From the NCBI GenBank assembly GCA_963812135.1, contig CAWETU010000001.1:640001-704000 (forward strand): DNA of 64,000 nt. Direction: 5' to 3'. Below the pieces are notes generated by a model. That model searched no databases, was not told the DNA's origin, and worked only from the letters and a program-made list of their open reading frames with translations. Of the stretch, positions 1 to 9,964 are shown in pieces. The position numbers and the translations under genes were made by a program. The DNA is from Vulcanimicrobiota bacterium. Lineage in GTDB: Bacteria; Vulcanimicrobiota; Vulcanimicrobiia; Eremiobacterales; Eremiobacteraceae. Position 1 is the first letter of the stretch. Each line of letters begins with the position of its first letter.

Positions 1-88
1 TGGCAGGTGGCCGGTTGATCGTGATGAGCGCGACGCCGCCTTGGACGTCGAGCAGGATGTTGGAGTAGGTCGCGGTGGCTTGCGTCAT
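1..88 (-). CDS. Enoyl-CoA hydratase/crotonase family, N-terminal fragment (runs off window)
   Basis: Manual translation MTQATATYSNILLDVQGGVALITINRPPA has the crotonase VAxITINRP motif; lies in an operon with thiolase and 3HCDH. Confidence 0.8.
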   Translation of the reverse strand, partial: MTQATATYSNILLDVQGGVALITINRPPA

Positions 89-89
89 C

Positions 90-407
90 CTACGAATACT
101 CCAAGAAGCCGCGGCCGCTCTTCTTGCCCAGCGCGCCTTTGGCGACGAGCTGTTCGAGCGTCGCGCTCGGTTTGTAGTTGTCGCCGTACTTGGCGTGCAG
201 TCGACGCAGATTCTCGAGGACCGTGTCCAGCCCGATCGTGTCTGCCTGCTCGAGCGGCCCGGTCGCAAAGCCCGCGCCGGCGCGCATCGCGAGATCGATG
301 TCTTTGGCGCTGGCGATGTTTTCGTCCAGCAAGCGGCCCGCCTCGGCGATCGCCGCGTAGGTGAACCGCTCGACGAGGGCGCTCTCTTTGTCTTGTGCGA
401 TTGCCAT
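90..407 (-). CDS. Stand-alone 3-hydroxyacyl-CoA dehydrogenase C-terminal domain protein
   Basis: DIDLAMRAGAGFATGPLEQADTIGLD and LGKKSGRGF motifs; own RBS (GGAGG) within the end of the upstream gene. Confidence 0.8.
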   Translation of the reverse strand: MAIAQDKESALVERFTYAAIAEAGRLLDENIASAKDIDLAMRAGAGFATGPLEQADTIGLDTVLENLRRLHAKYGDNYKPSATLEQLVAKGALGKKSGRGFLEYS

Positions 408-412
408 GACGC

Positions 413-1273
413 TTAGCCCTCCGCCTTCGTGTGCGTGTAAAAGCCTTTGCCGGTCTTGACGCCGAGATTGCCCGCGGCGACCAGCTGCTTCAATTCGGGC
501 GGCGCGGCAAAGCGCGGGCCGTAGGCCTTCTCAAGCGTGCTCGCGACATCGGCTGCGATGTCGAGCCCCAGCATGTCGCCGAGCAAGAACGGACCCATCG
601 GCACGCCGCCGCGCTGCACGACGATCTTGTCGACCGTCTCGTGATCGACGCCCAGCTCCTCGCGCGCTTTGATGATCTCCACCATCGACGCCATGAGGAT
701 GCGGTTCACGACGAAGCCGGCGCACTCTTTGACCTTGACCGGGATCTTGCGCAGCTCTTCCGCGAACGACACGGCGGTGTCCATCGTGTCTTTGCTCGTC
801 TGCTGGCCCGCGACGACTTCGATCAGCTTCATGACGGACGCCGGATTGAAGAAGTGGAAACCGACGACCTGGCCCGGCCGCTTGGTGGCGGCGCCGAGCG
901 CGGTGATCGACAGGGCCGACGTGTTGCTCGCGAGGATCGCGGTGCTCTGACACACCTTGTCGAGCTCGGCGAAGACCGCTTGCTTCACCGGTAGCTTTTC
1001 GGGGACGGCTTCGATGACGAAGTCGACGTCGCCGAACTCGTCGTAGGTGAGCGTCGGCGTGATGAGCGCCATCTTTTCGTCCATCTCGGATTGCGTGAGC
1101 TTGCCGGCCTTGACGCGCCGTTCGTAGACGGCACGCGCCGTCGCGATGCCGTGGTCGAGCGCTTTTTGATCGACGTCTTTGAGCAGCACTGGCAAGCCGG
1201 CCCACGAGATGACTTGCGCGATCTCGCCGCCCATGGCTCCGGCGCCGACGACGGCGCACTTGAAGATGTACAT
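413..1273 (-). CDS. 3-hydroxyacyl-CoA (3-hydroxybutyryl-CoA) dehydrogenase
   Basis: GAGAMG Rossmann motif; IEAVPE, ASNTS, HFFNP, GFVVNR motifs. Confidence 0.93.
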   Translation of the reverse strand: MYIFKCAVVGAGAMGGEIAQVISWAGLPVLLKDVDQKALDHGIATARAVYERRVKAGKLTQSEMDEKMALITPTLTYDEFGDVDFVIEAVPEKLPVKQAVFAELDKVCQSTAILASNTSALSITALGAATKRPGQVVGFHFFNPASVMKLIEVVAGQQTSKDTMDTAVSFAEELRKIPVKVKECAGFVVNRILMASMVEIIKAREELGVDHETVDKIVVQRGGVPMGPFLLGDMLGLDIAADVASTLEKAYGPRFAAPPELKQLVAAGNLGVKTGKGFYTHTKAEG

Positions 1274-1277
1274 TAGA

Positions 1278-2486
1278 CTATGCTGCCTCCGTGTTCTCGA
1301 TGACGAGCGAACCGCCCTGACCGCCGCCGATGCACATCGTGACGAGGCCGTAGCGTTTGGCAGAGCGGCGCATTTCGAAGACGAGCGTCGTGGTGAGGCG
1401 CGCGCCGGTCGCGCCGATCGGATGGCCGAGTGCGATGGCGCCGCCGTTGACGTTCACGATGCTGCGATCGAGCTCCATGATCTTCTCGCACGCCAGGTAT
1501 TGGGCGGCAAAGGCTTCGTTGAACTCGATCAGCTGGATGTCGTCGAGCGTGATGCCTGCGCGCTGCAATGCTTTGGGCGTGGCGACGGTCGGACCCAGGC
1601 CCATCGTCTTTGGATCGCAACCGGCGAACGCATACGCGCGGATCGCGGCGAGCGGCTTGAGCCCGAGCTGCTGCGCCTTGGCGTAGCTGGCGACGACGAG
1701 CGCCGCGCCGCCGTCATTGATCGGACACGAGTTGCCCGGCGTGACCGTGCCGCCTTTTTTGAACACCGCGGGATACAGCGCGAGCTTTTGCACCGACAAA
1801 CCGGCCTGCGGGCCTTCGTCCTTGGCGACGGTCTCCGGTTCGCCGTGCTTCTTGGGCACTTGCACGTGGACGATCTCGTCGTTGAACTTGCCCATGCGCT
1901 GCGCGCGGAACGCCTTGTTGTGGCTCTCGACCGCGAGCTGATCCTGTTGCTCGCGCGTGATGCCGAATTCTTCGGCGAGCACTTCGGCCGTGGCGCCCAT
2001 GAGCATGCCGGTGTGATGGTCCGTGAGGCCGGTCCAGATCGGGTCGAGCATCTCGGTCGGGCGCAGCCGCGCGCCCCAACGCGCCGATGGGATCATGTAC
2101 GGCGCCATCGACTGGTTCTCGGTGCCGCCGACGAGATAGATGTCGCCGTCGCCGCTGGCGATGGCTTGCACCGCATTGGCGATCGACTGCGCGCCGCTCG
2201 CGCAATTGCGCTGCACGCTGTACGCGGGCGTGCCGATCGGGATGCCCACTTCGAGCGAGATCTGGCGCGCGATGTTCGCGAACTCGATCGGCTGGCCGCC
2301 GCTGCCGAAGATCACTTCGTCGATGTCGTCGAGCTTGACGCCCGAGCGCTCGATCGCGGTTTTCGCGGCCGCAGTGCCGAGCTGCAGCGCGTCGTATTCT
2401 CGATAGGCGCCGCCGAAGTTGCCGACGGGCGTGCGAACCGCGCTGAGGATGACCGCGTCGCGGTCTTTGAGACTTCCGTTTTTCAC
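1278..2486 (-). CDS. Thiolase (acetyl-CoA C-acyltransferase)
   Basis: RNCASG catalytic Cys; NEAFA, GGAIALGHPIGATG, CIGGGQG motifs. Confidence 0.95.
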   Translation of the reverse strand: MKNGSLKDRDAVILSAVRTPVGNFGGAYREYDALQLGTAAAKTAIERSGVKLDDIDEVIFGSGGQPIEFANIARQISLEVGIPIGTPAYSVQRNCASGAQSIANAVQAIASGDGDIYLVGGTENQSMAPYMIPSARWGARLRPTEMLDPIWTGLTDHHTGMLMGATAEVLAEEFGITREQQDQLAVESHNKAFRAQRMGKFNDEIVHVQVPKKHGEPETVAKDEGPQAGLSVQKLALYPAVFKKGGTVTPGNSCPINDGGAALVVASYAKAQQLGLKPLAAIRAYAFAGCDPKTMGLGPTVATPKALQRAGITLDDIQLIEFNEAFAAQYLACEKIMELDRSIVNVNGGAIALGHPIGATGARLTTTLVFEMRRSAKRYGLVTMCIGGGQGGSLVIENTEAA

Positions 2487-2944
2487 GATGCTGACTCCGA
2501 GGCGGCCGCGCGCACTTTGCGCCGGCGCGCCGCTTTTGCCGGGGGAGAGTTGAGCACTTCGCTGCGCAGTCGCAGCATAGCTTCAATGAGCGCGTCCAGG
2601 TGCGGGCGCGTGCGGATCTTGATCTGCTCGTAGCGGTCCATCCCCGCGCGCGTGATGCGATAGATGCGCCGGCTGCGACGGTCGGGGTGTTCCCATGTCC
2701 CGATGACGAAGCCGCGCTCCTCGAGGCGGCGCAGCAGCGGATACATCGTGTTCGGATTGACCGGCATGACCGAGCCGGTCATGCGGTCGATGCGCTCCAT
2801 GAGGCCGTAGCCGTGGTCGGGGCCCTTGGAGAGCAGATGCAAGATGAGCAGCGGCACGATCGTTTTGGTCTTGACCGGGCCGCGGAAAATGGCGGAGCCG
2901 AACACCGCGTCCTGGACCGGGACAGTATTACTTTTAATAATCAT
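2483..2944 (-). CDS. PadR family transcriptional regulator
   Basis: LILHLL..GPDHGY, MYPLLRRLEERG, RRIYRIT winged-helix motifs; start uncertain. Confidence 0.9.
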   Translation of the reverse strand: MIIKSNTVPVQDAVFGSAIFRGPVKTKTIVPLLILHLLSKGPDHGYGLMERIDRMTGSVMPVNPNTMYPLLRRLEERGFVIGTWEHPDRRSRRIYRITRAGMDRYEQIKIRTRPHLDALIEAMLRLRSEVLNSPPAKAARRRKVRAAASESAS

Positions 2945-3009
2945 ACAAATAGAATGATACGAGTATAGCCTCGAGGGTCGACCCGGTCAAGAGCGAACAG
3001 CGATTCGAT

Positions 3010-4524
3010 ATGCTCGACAAGATCCGCGACGCTCCGCCATGGAAGCCGACGCGGCCGTGGTTAGACTGGCAAGCGGAACGCAACGCGCGCCTGCACCGCC
3101 ATATCAACGAGCAGCTGTATCCATATAGCCCGTTCTATCGCCGGCTCTTCGACGCCAACAAAATAGACCCGAAGAGCATCCGTACGGTCGATGACTTGCG
3201 CCGCATTCCGTTCACGACCAAGACCGACATCGCGCCGACCGCCGACAACGCGACCCGCCATCTCGACCTCGTGCTGCAGCCGGATCTTGAGAAGATCCGG
3301 CGCTTCGCGCCGAAGACCAAGCTGATCGAACTGGCGCTCACACGGCTGCTGCGCGGGGCCGACGCGGCGACGCACAAAGTGCGCGGCGAGTATGGCCCGG
3401 TGATGCTCTTTTTCACGACGGGCCGCACGGCGCTGCCGACGCAATTCATCGTGACGGACAGCGACATGGAGCGGCTGTTCCTCGCCGGCCGCCGGCTGAC
3501 AGATGTGGTCGGCATCAGCGAAGGGGGGCGCTCGCTCGACGTCTTCCCATACGCGCCGCATCTCGCATTTTGGCAGACGTACGCCGTCGGCGTGGGTGGC
3601 AGCTCGCTGATGTTGCACACCGGCGGCGGCAAAGTGCTCGGCACCGCCGGTAACATCACGGCGTTGATGCGCATGCAGCCGAACGTGCTCATCGGCGTGC
3701 CCGGCTACGTGTATCATATGTTGCGCCAAGCGATGGCGGACGGCCTCAAGCTTGAGAAATTGGAATGCATCGCGCTCGGCGCCGAACGAGTGCCCGGTCC
3801 CTTACGCGCTCGTTTGGGCGACATGTGCGCGCACATGGGCCGACCCGGCGTGCGCGTGCATAGCATCTACGGATTTACCGAAGCGCGTCTCGCGTGGGGT
3901 GAGTGTCCGCCTCCCGACTACGTGACCTCGTACGGCTTTCACACCTATCCGGATATGGATCTCTTCGAGACCGTCAACCCAGAGACCGGCGAACCGGTTG
4001 GACCCGGCGAGCGGGGCGAACTCGTGTACACCGGGCTTGGCGGTCGCGGCTCGTGCGTGCTGCGCTACCGCACCGGCGATATCTCTGAGTGGGGTCTAGT
4101 CTACGATCCGTGTCCGGGATGCGGGCGGATCGTGCCACGCATCTCGACGACGCTGTCGCGGCGCAGCGACATGGGCGAGTTGAACCTGACCAAGATACGC
4201 GGCACGCTCGTCGACTTGAACAATTTCTTGCCGGCGATGGCGGGCATCCCCGAGGTGATCGAGTGGCAGCTCATCGTCAAGAAACACAACGACGATCCGA
4301 ACGACCTGGATGAGCTCGATCTGTACATCGCGATCGCGCCGCACGTCGACCACACCGCGATCAAAGAGATCGTGGCTCACAAGGTGCTCAACGACACGGA
4401 AGTATCGCCCAACCGGATCGAGGTACTACCGCTGCAGCAACTCGAGGAGCGACTCGGTCTCGACACGCAAATGAAGGAGCTTCGTATTCGCGACCTCCGG
4501 GGCCATGGGAAAGCGGTGAACTAA
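3010..4524 (+). CDS. Phenylacetate-CoA ligase (PaaK)-like adenylate-forming enzyme
   Basis: SPFYR, IPFTTK, IYGFTE, GERGELVYT, LRYRTGD motifs. Confidence 0.85.
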   Translation: MLDKIRDAPPWKPTRPWLDWQAERNARLHRHINEQLYPYSPFYRRLFDANKIDPKSIRTVDDLRRIPFTTKTDIAPTADNATRHLDLVLQPDLEKIRRFAPKTKLIELALTRLLRGADAATHKVRGEYGPVMLFFTTGRTALPTQFIVTDSDMERLFLAGRRLTDVVGISEGGRSLDVFPYAPHLAFWQTYAVGVGGSSLMLHTGGGKVLGTAGNITALMRMQPNVLIGVPGYVYHMLRQAMADGLKLEKLECIALGAERVPGPLRARLGDMCAHMGRPGVRVHSIYGFTEARLAWGECPPPDYVTSYGFHTYPDMDLFETVNPETGEPVGPGERGELVYTGLGGRGSCVLRYRTGDISEWGLVYDPCPGCGRIVPRISTTLSRRSDMGELNLTKIRGTLVDLNNFLPAMAGIPEVIEWQLIVKKHNDDPNDLDELDLYIAIAPHVDHTAIKEIVAHKVLNDTEVSPNRIEVLPLQQLEERLGLDTQMKELRIRDLRGHGKAVN

Positions 4525-4633
4525 TGGCGAGGAAAAAGTAAACGAAGAAAACGAAAAAGAGACCCAAGCCGTCGCGTAAGAAAAACGCATCATCGCCCGC
4601 GAATCTGGCCGGACCGCAATACTCACCCTGGGC

Positions 4634-5248
4634 GTGGCCCAAAGGCTAGCGAGCATTGATCTGATCGGCGCCTTTCTCCCCGAATACGACGTGAGGTCGC
4701 GTCATTCGATCGATATCGGCGCGGACGTCGCGCGCGTCTATGAATGTCTCAAGACCGCGGATATCAACGGGTCGGCGGTGATCAGAACACTTTTTGCGAT
4801 ACGAGGGATCGGAAGCCGCGCGTTATTCAAACAGCCTGAGCGGCGCCCCATCACGCTTGAGACGCTGACGCAAAACAGCTTTGTCGTGCTCGCCGAGCAG
4901 CCCGGCGATGAGATCGTGCTCGGCTTGATCGGCCGCCCGTGCGCGCCTCGCTACGAAGTGCGCCAATTCGACCCGAGCGAATTCGCGTCATTCGCGCAAC
5001 CCGGGTTTGCGAAGATCGCCTGGAGCTTCAAGCTCGACGCTCGCGCCGACGGCGTTCGGCTCTCGACGCAGACGCGCGTGAAATGATCGGATCGCGCTAG
5101 TCTAAGGAAATTCCGATTGTATTGGACTTTCACCGCACCGTTCAGCGGACTCGTGCGGACGGAGATGTTGCGTTTGATCCGTGGGTGTGCACGACGCGCA
5201 ACAGAGCACGGAGTAGCCGCTTGTACGTCGAACGACCAGACTTCATGA
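4634..5248 (+). pseudogene. Hypothetical protein interrupted by an in-frame TGA at 5084-5086
   Basis: The frame continues after TGA as SDRASLRKFRLYWTFTAPFSGLVRTEMLRLIR to TGA 5246-5248, resembling the expected family C-terminus (from recall). Confidence 0.55.
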
Positions 5249-5290
5249 AGCGGGTACCGTTCGTCGAGCCCCGCTAGGAAGGTTGTCGCC

Positions 5291-5716
5291 ATGCAACGCT
5301 CAGTATCGAGGAAACTGTTCTTTGCTCTGTTCGCGGGTGCAGTAGGCGCCGGCGTCGCGACGGAAGCGCAGGCCGCAAACGCTTCGACCAGCACGATCCA
5401 AAATGTGAAGTTCACATTGCCGCCGCCGCCGCCGCCGCCCAAGCATACGTTCGTACCGCTATCTCCGTTCAAGCAACTCATCGTGAACCCAATCACCCCC
5501 AAAGGCCCCGACCTGCAAGCGCAAATCAACCAGCTGAACTCCCAAGTTCAAACACTTCAATCGAATATGATGAACGTTTGGAGCAATGAGAATGCCATCT
5601 GGGTCAATTTCAATGACCTTGGAACCAAATTCTACAAGCACTTCCACACGTACGAGTGGTATAACACTCAGGCTGGGCAGTGGCAAACGTGGGGTTCATG
5701 GGGTCCGGAATGGTGA
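5291..5716 (+). CDS. Secreted hypothetical protein with Tat-like signal, poly-Pro and short coiled coil
   Basis: SRKLFF plus hydrophobic stretch and AQA site; PPPPPPP; GGAAGG RBS. Confidence 0.6.
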   Translation: MQRSVSRKLFFALFAGAVGAGVATEAQAANASTSTIQNVKFTLPPPPPPPKHTFVPLSPFKQLIVNPITPKGPDLQAQINQLNSQVQTLQSNMMNVWSNENAIWVNFNDLGTKFYKHFHTYEWYNTQAGQWQTWGSWGPEW

Positions 5717-5800
5717 AACGGCTCTAACCCGCGGACGCATCGCGAGAATCAAGTGCGGGCGCCGATATGCCGAAAACCCTCCTAAGAGAGGAAGGTTCTA

Positions 5801-6772
5801 ATGCGTCCGTTTCATCTTCGCGTCAGCTTTTCGATGATCGCCGCGACCGCGCTGACCGCGGCTCTCGCGGCGTGCAGCGGTTCGTCCACAACTCCGTCTG
5901 GACCGACGCCCCCGCCCGCGTTGACCACCATTTATATCGCCAATCGCAACGCGGCAAGTGTGGTCGAATTTCCAATCAGCGGCAACGGGAATATCTCGCC
6001 ATCGGCCACGATCAGCGGTGCGAACACGCTGCTCGGGCAGCCGGATGCGATCGCCGTTGACAGCAATGGTCTCGTGTACGTCATCAACGACGGCGCGAGC
6101 AACATTATGATTTTCAACGCCACCGGCAACGTTGCGCCGACGGCTCAAATCACCGGCGCAGCGACAGGCCTCGGGCCATCGGAAGGCGTGGGCGTGGATG
6201 CCGCCGGCAACATCTACGCGACGTCATACAGCGCGCAAACCCTGACGTCGTTTCCGCCAGGCTCTAATGGCAATGTCGCGTTCGCGCGCCAAGCGGTCGG
6301 CGCTGCGACCGGGCTCACGAATCCGACCCCATTCACGTTTTTCGGCGGCAACGCGTACGTGACGAACTCGAACACAAACACCGTGGTTGGGATCATCGCA
6401 ACGGCGAACGGCAATCAGGCGTTCACGAGTCTGCTCAGCGGCGCAAATACCGGTCTGAGCAGTCCGTTCGGCGTCGCGTTCGACGCGTCGGCGAATATGT
6501 ACGTCGCCAATGAAGGCGGCAACAGCGTGACCGTATACGCTCCGCCGTATAACGGCAACGTTGCGCCGATCCGGACAATTGTTGGCGCTGCCACGACGCT
6601 GAGCACGCCCGACGGCGTGGCGCTCGATGCCGCTGGCAATCTCTACGTTTGCAGTTACGCTGGGTCGGTCGCCGTATTCGCCCCAGGCGCCAACGGCAAC
6701 GTCGCTCCGATTCGGAACATCACAGGTGCCGCCACAACGCTGGCAGGGGCATCGGGAATAGCGCTGCACTAA
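5801..6772 (+). CDS. Lipoprotein with NHL-like beta-propeller repeats
   Basis: Lipobox LAAC; repeated GNVAPxxxIxGAxTxLxxPxGxAxD units. Confidence 0.8.
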   Translation: MRPFHLRVSFSMIAATALTAALAACSGSSTTPSGPTPPPALTTIYIANRNAASVVEFPISGNGNISPSATISGANTLLGQPDAIAVDSNGLVYVINDGASNIMIFNATGNVAPTAQITGAATGLGPSEGVGVDAAGNIYATSYSAQTLTSFPPGSNGNVAFARQAVGAATGLTNPTPFTFFGGNAYVTNSNTNTVVGIIATANGNQAFTSLLSGANTGLSSPFGVAFDASANMYVANEGGNSVTVYAPPYNGNVAPIRTIVGAATTLSTPDGVALDAAGNLYVCSYAGSVAVFAPGANGNVAPIRNITGAATTLAGASGIALH

Positions 6773-6804
6773 GAAAGCGAAACGAGCATGGGTACGCCGG
6801 GCGG

Positions 6805-8343
6805 TTAAAAGCCGCCCACGCCGTTTGGCGTGCCGTTGCCGCTCGGTCCGTCGAAGCCAGGACCCGCGTTGCAGATGAATGACGGACTGCACAAGCCATT
6901 GCTGCCTGACGTGATGTCGTGCAGTGCTCCGGGGTTGTTGTACGAGCTCATACCGTACGTTTGCGAGGCGCCGTTGCCGGCAAGCGCATAGACGCCTCCG
7001 ATGATCGGCGTGGCCGCGCTCGTTCCGCCGACCATGCAGCCATCCGCTGTGGGCGGAACGGGTCGTACACGGCGAGCGCGGCCAGTGCTCGGGATCTGCC
7101 ACCGCCGCAACATCGTTGTGACGATGCGCGTAGTACAACCGGCTATCTGAGAACCAAGAGCGGTCTGCCACGAAGGTTGTGTGATGATAGCGCTGCAACC
7201 ACTACCCGAACCCGGCCAAACCGTTTCAGACCACGTCCCAGGTCCGCCCGTCAACGTCGTTCCGCCAACGGAAGTGACGTACTGCGAGGTCGGTGGGAAG
7301 CTCGGTCCAGTCCCGCTGTCGCCGCTCGCAAAGGTTATCATGACGCCGGGGTGGTTGAAGTAGATTGAGTCATCCGACGTCTTCGCTCGAGTATTCCCCG
7401 CCGCCCCAACTATTGGAGATCACATTCGCGGCGCACGTCAGTGGCGGCGGTGTTCTCGGCGGTGTATAGAGCCTAGCCGCTGTTGTCATTAGCTTCGACC
7501 AGGATGATATCGCAATTCGGGCAAACGGCCGAAACCATATCGAGGTCGAGCGATATTTCCAGCGCCCAGCCGATTGTCAGGGCGACGGGTAACTCCCCGC
7601 GACGCCGTTCTGATTGACCTTGATGAAGCATCCGTTGGCAGTCGTGCACGCCGGCAAGTCCGAACGTCGACCGATAGGTCGCCATATCGGCTTCCGCGTT
7701 AGGATCATCGAAGGCGTCGACGATCGCGACGACTTGGCCGGTGCCGTTCGTGGCCGACGGGAGACTGTAGGCGGACTGAAGATCGAGCGGGACCATAGCC
7801 CGTGGGAGTTCTCGGCGCGAGATCCGTTCGGACCCATGACATGCAGCGCATCCGTCCGCGGCCCTCAGGGCAAACGCGTTGTGAAGGGCCACGTCCGACT
7901 CGGGCGGTGACTGCTGGTGCGTGCGCCGGTCTGAACGACATCAGACGCGCAAGCGCCCGCGTGACACGAATAGCCTTCGAACGTCATGCAATTTGCGACC
8001 GTGCCGGTCGGCGACGGCGTTGGCGTTGGAGTCGAGGTCGGCGTTGCCGTCGGCTTCGGGGTCGGCGTCGGAGTTGGAGTCGGCGTTGCCGTTGGTTTCG
8101 GAGTGGGCGTGTGGCGTCGGTTTCGGTGTGGGCGTCGGGGTGGGGGTCGCCGTGGCTACGGGAGTCGGCGTAGCTGTCGGCGCGGGAGTCCCCTTCGGGG
8201 TTGGAGTGCTGACGGGACCTTGAGGAACGACGTTCGGCAAAGAACCGCCGCCGCCACCGCCGCACGACGCGATAAGCGCCGCCAATGCGAACAGCTGCGG
8301 CAACAGAAATGCCTAACCGTGCAACGGCAAGACGCTTAGCCAT
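6805..8343 (-). CDS. S53 (sedolisin-like) peptidase lipoprotein, copy 1, split by several frameshifts
   Basis: Fragments in different frames: LIASCGGGG lipobox, PT-rich linker, VAIVDAFDDP, WALEISLDLDMVSA, FASGDSG, VGGTSAATP, DGPSGNGTP. Confidence 0.8.
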
Positions 8344-8432
8344 CGAGCGCCTCATTCGTGGCAAACTCTTGGCAGCCTTCGAGGGCGTAAGCCACAGTAG
8401 TGAGCCACATCACTGATCGAGTCGAGGGCCGG

Positions 8433-9860
8433 CTAGAACCCGCCTATGCCGTTCGGAGTGCCCCACCCAGAGGGCGCGTCGAACCCAGCTCCCGCGTCGC
8501 AGATGAACGTGCCGGTATAGTCGGCCGTATAGATGCCGGTCGGCGTGCACGGCCCGTTGTTGCCACTCGTTATGTCGTTGAAGTTGCCGGTGTGGTGAGT
8601 GTAGATGTACGATCCGTCATTGATGGACGATCCGTTCTCCGCAAGCGCGTAAACGCCGGCGATGATCGGCGTCGACGCGCTAGTGCCGCCAACCACAATC
8701 CAGCCGCCTTGGCCGAAGGTATCATACACGGCGACGCCGGTGTTCGGATCCCCGACTGCCGACACATCGTTATCGACGCGGGTGCCGCAAGTGGTGATTT
8801 CCCCGGCGCTCAACGCGGCCGTCTGCCAGGCCGGTTGTCCCTCGTAAAAGCTACAAAGGCACTCCCGTGCCAAGGCTAAGACCGGGATGTAGTCATTCCA
8901 AACAGTTTCTGTCTGACTGGGTTGGCCGGCATTGGTTCAGGGTCGTGCCACCGACCGCGGTGACAAATTTACCCGCGGCTGGATAGCCCCCCGGATAATC
9001 GGTGTCTCCGCTTGCGAAAGTCATCGGGATACCGGTCCGTTTGAAGTGAGCCGTGTCGTCGGTGGTTTCCGTGCCGTATTCAGCACCACTCCAACTATTG
9101 GAAATCACGCTCGCTCCGCACAACGTCGCGGCGGTGTCTTCCGCGGCGTAGAGGTCCGTGTTGAGCGTTGCGTCAGTTGCTTCGACGAGCAAGATGTCGC
9201 ATCTCGGGCAGATCGCCGACGCCATGTCAAGATCGAGAGACATTTCTAGCGCCCATCCGGCGTCGTTGGGAGGGTATGAACCCGGAGACGCCAGCTTGAT
9301 TCACTTTTAAAAAGCATCCATTGGCCGTCGTGCATGGCGGTAGCGCGAACTGAGTTCGATAAACGCCTAGATCGGCTTCCGCGTTCGGGTTGTTAAACGC
9401 ATCCACAATCGCAATCACCTGTCCTGCGCCGCGCGTGCTCGCTGGGCCAGTCAGATTGTATGCGGCTTGCAGATCGGCAGGAGCGTATCCAGAGATCACG
9501 TTCGGGCTTTCGATGTCGGTGCGGATCCACGACATGCAGTGCATGTAGCCGGCGCCCACATTCGGGCAAACTCGCGACGCTGGGCCTGGCCCGATGCGTC
9601 GGGATATTGCCGGGCGACCTAGGCGCGCCACCGTTTGCAATCGCGCAAGGGCGCGGCTCATTCTATCCGCTCGCACGATCGCGCAGCTTACGATTCGCGG
9701 GGTCGGTGTTGGAGTCGGCGTTGGCGGCGGCGGGGTCGGCCCACCGCCTCCACCACCTCCAGCCTCCGCCGCCAGCTGCGCACGCAGCGATGAGGGCGGC
9801 GAGCGCCAAAGCGGCAGACGTGCGAATACCAAGTCGAACGACGGCGAAGCGCGTGTCCAT
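8433..9860 (-). CDS. S53 (sedolisin-like) peptidase lipoprotein, copy 2, split by several frameshifts
   Basis: Fragments: LIAAC lipobox, PTPTP linker, IAIVDAFNNP, EMSLDLDMASA, FASGD, GGTSASTP, DAPSGWGTP. Confidence 0.8.
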
Positions 9861-9964
9861 TTGAATCCTCATTCGTGGCAATGATTCCGCAGCCTTCGAC
9901 CCGCAGAACACAAGCTGAAAAACCACCGAGATGCTCAACAATATCTATCGGCGAATTCGGCGTC

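Noticed and set aside
5930..6770. Recurring GGCAACGTTGCGCCGA-like units
   Set aside because: Coding repeats of beta-propeller blades
8000..8200. Tandem GGCGTCGGAGTT-like repeats
   Set aside because: They encode the Pro/Thr linker of the S53 lipoprotein; no spacers, so not a CRISPR array or VNTR element
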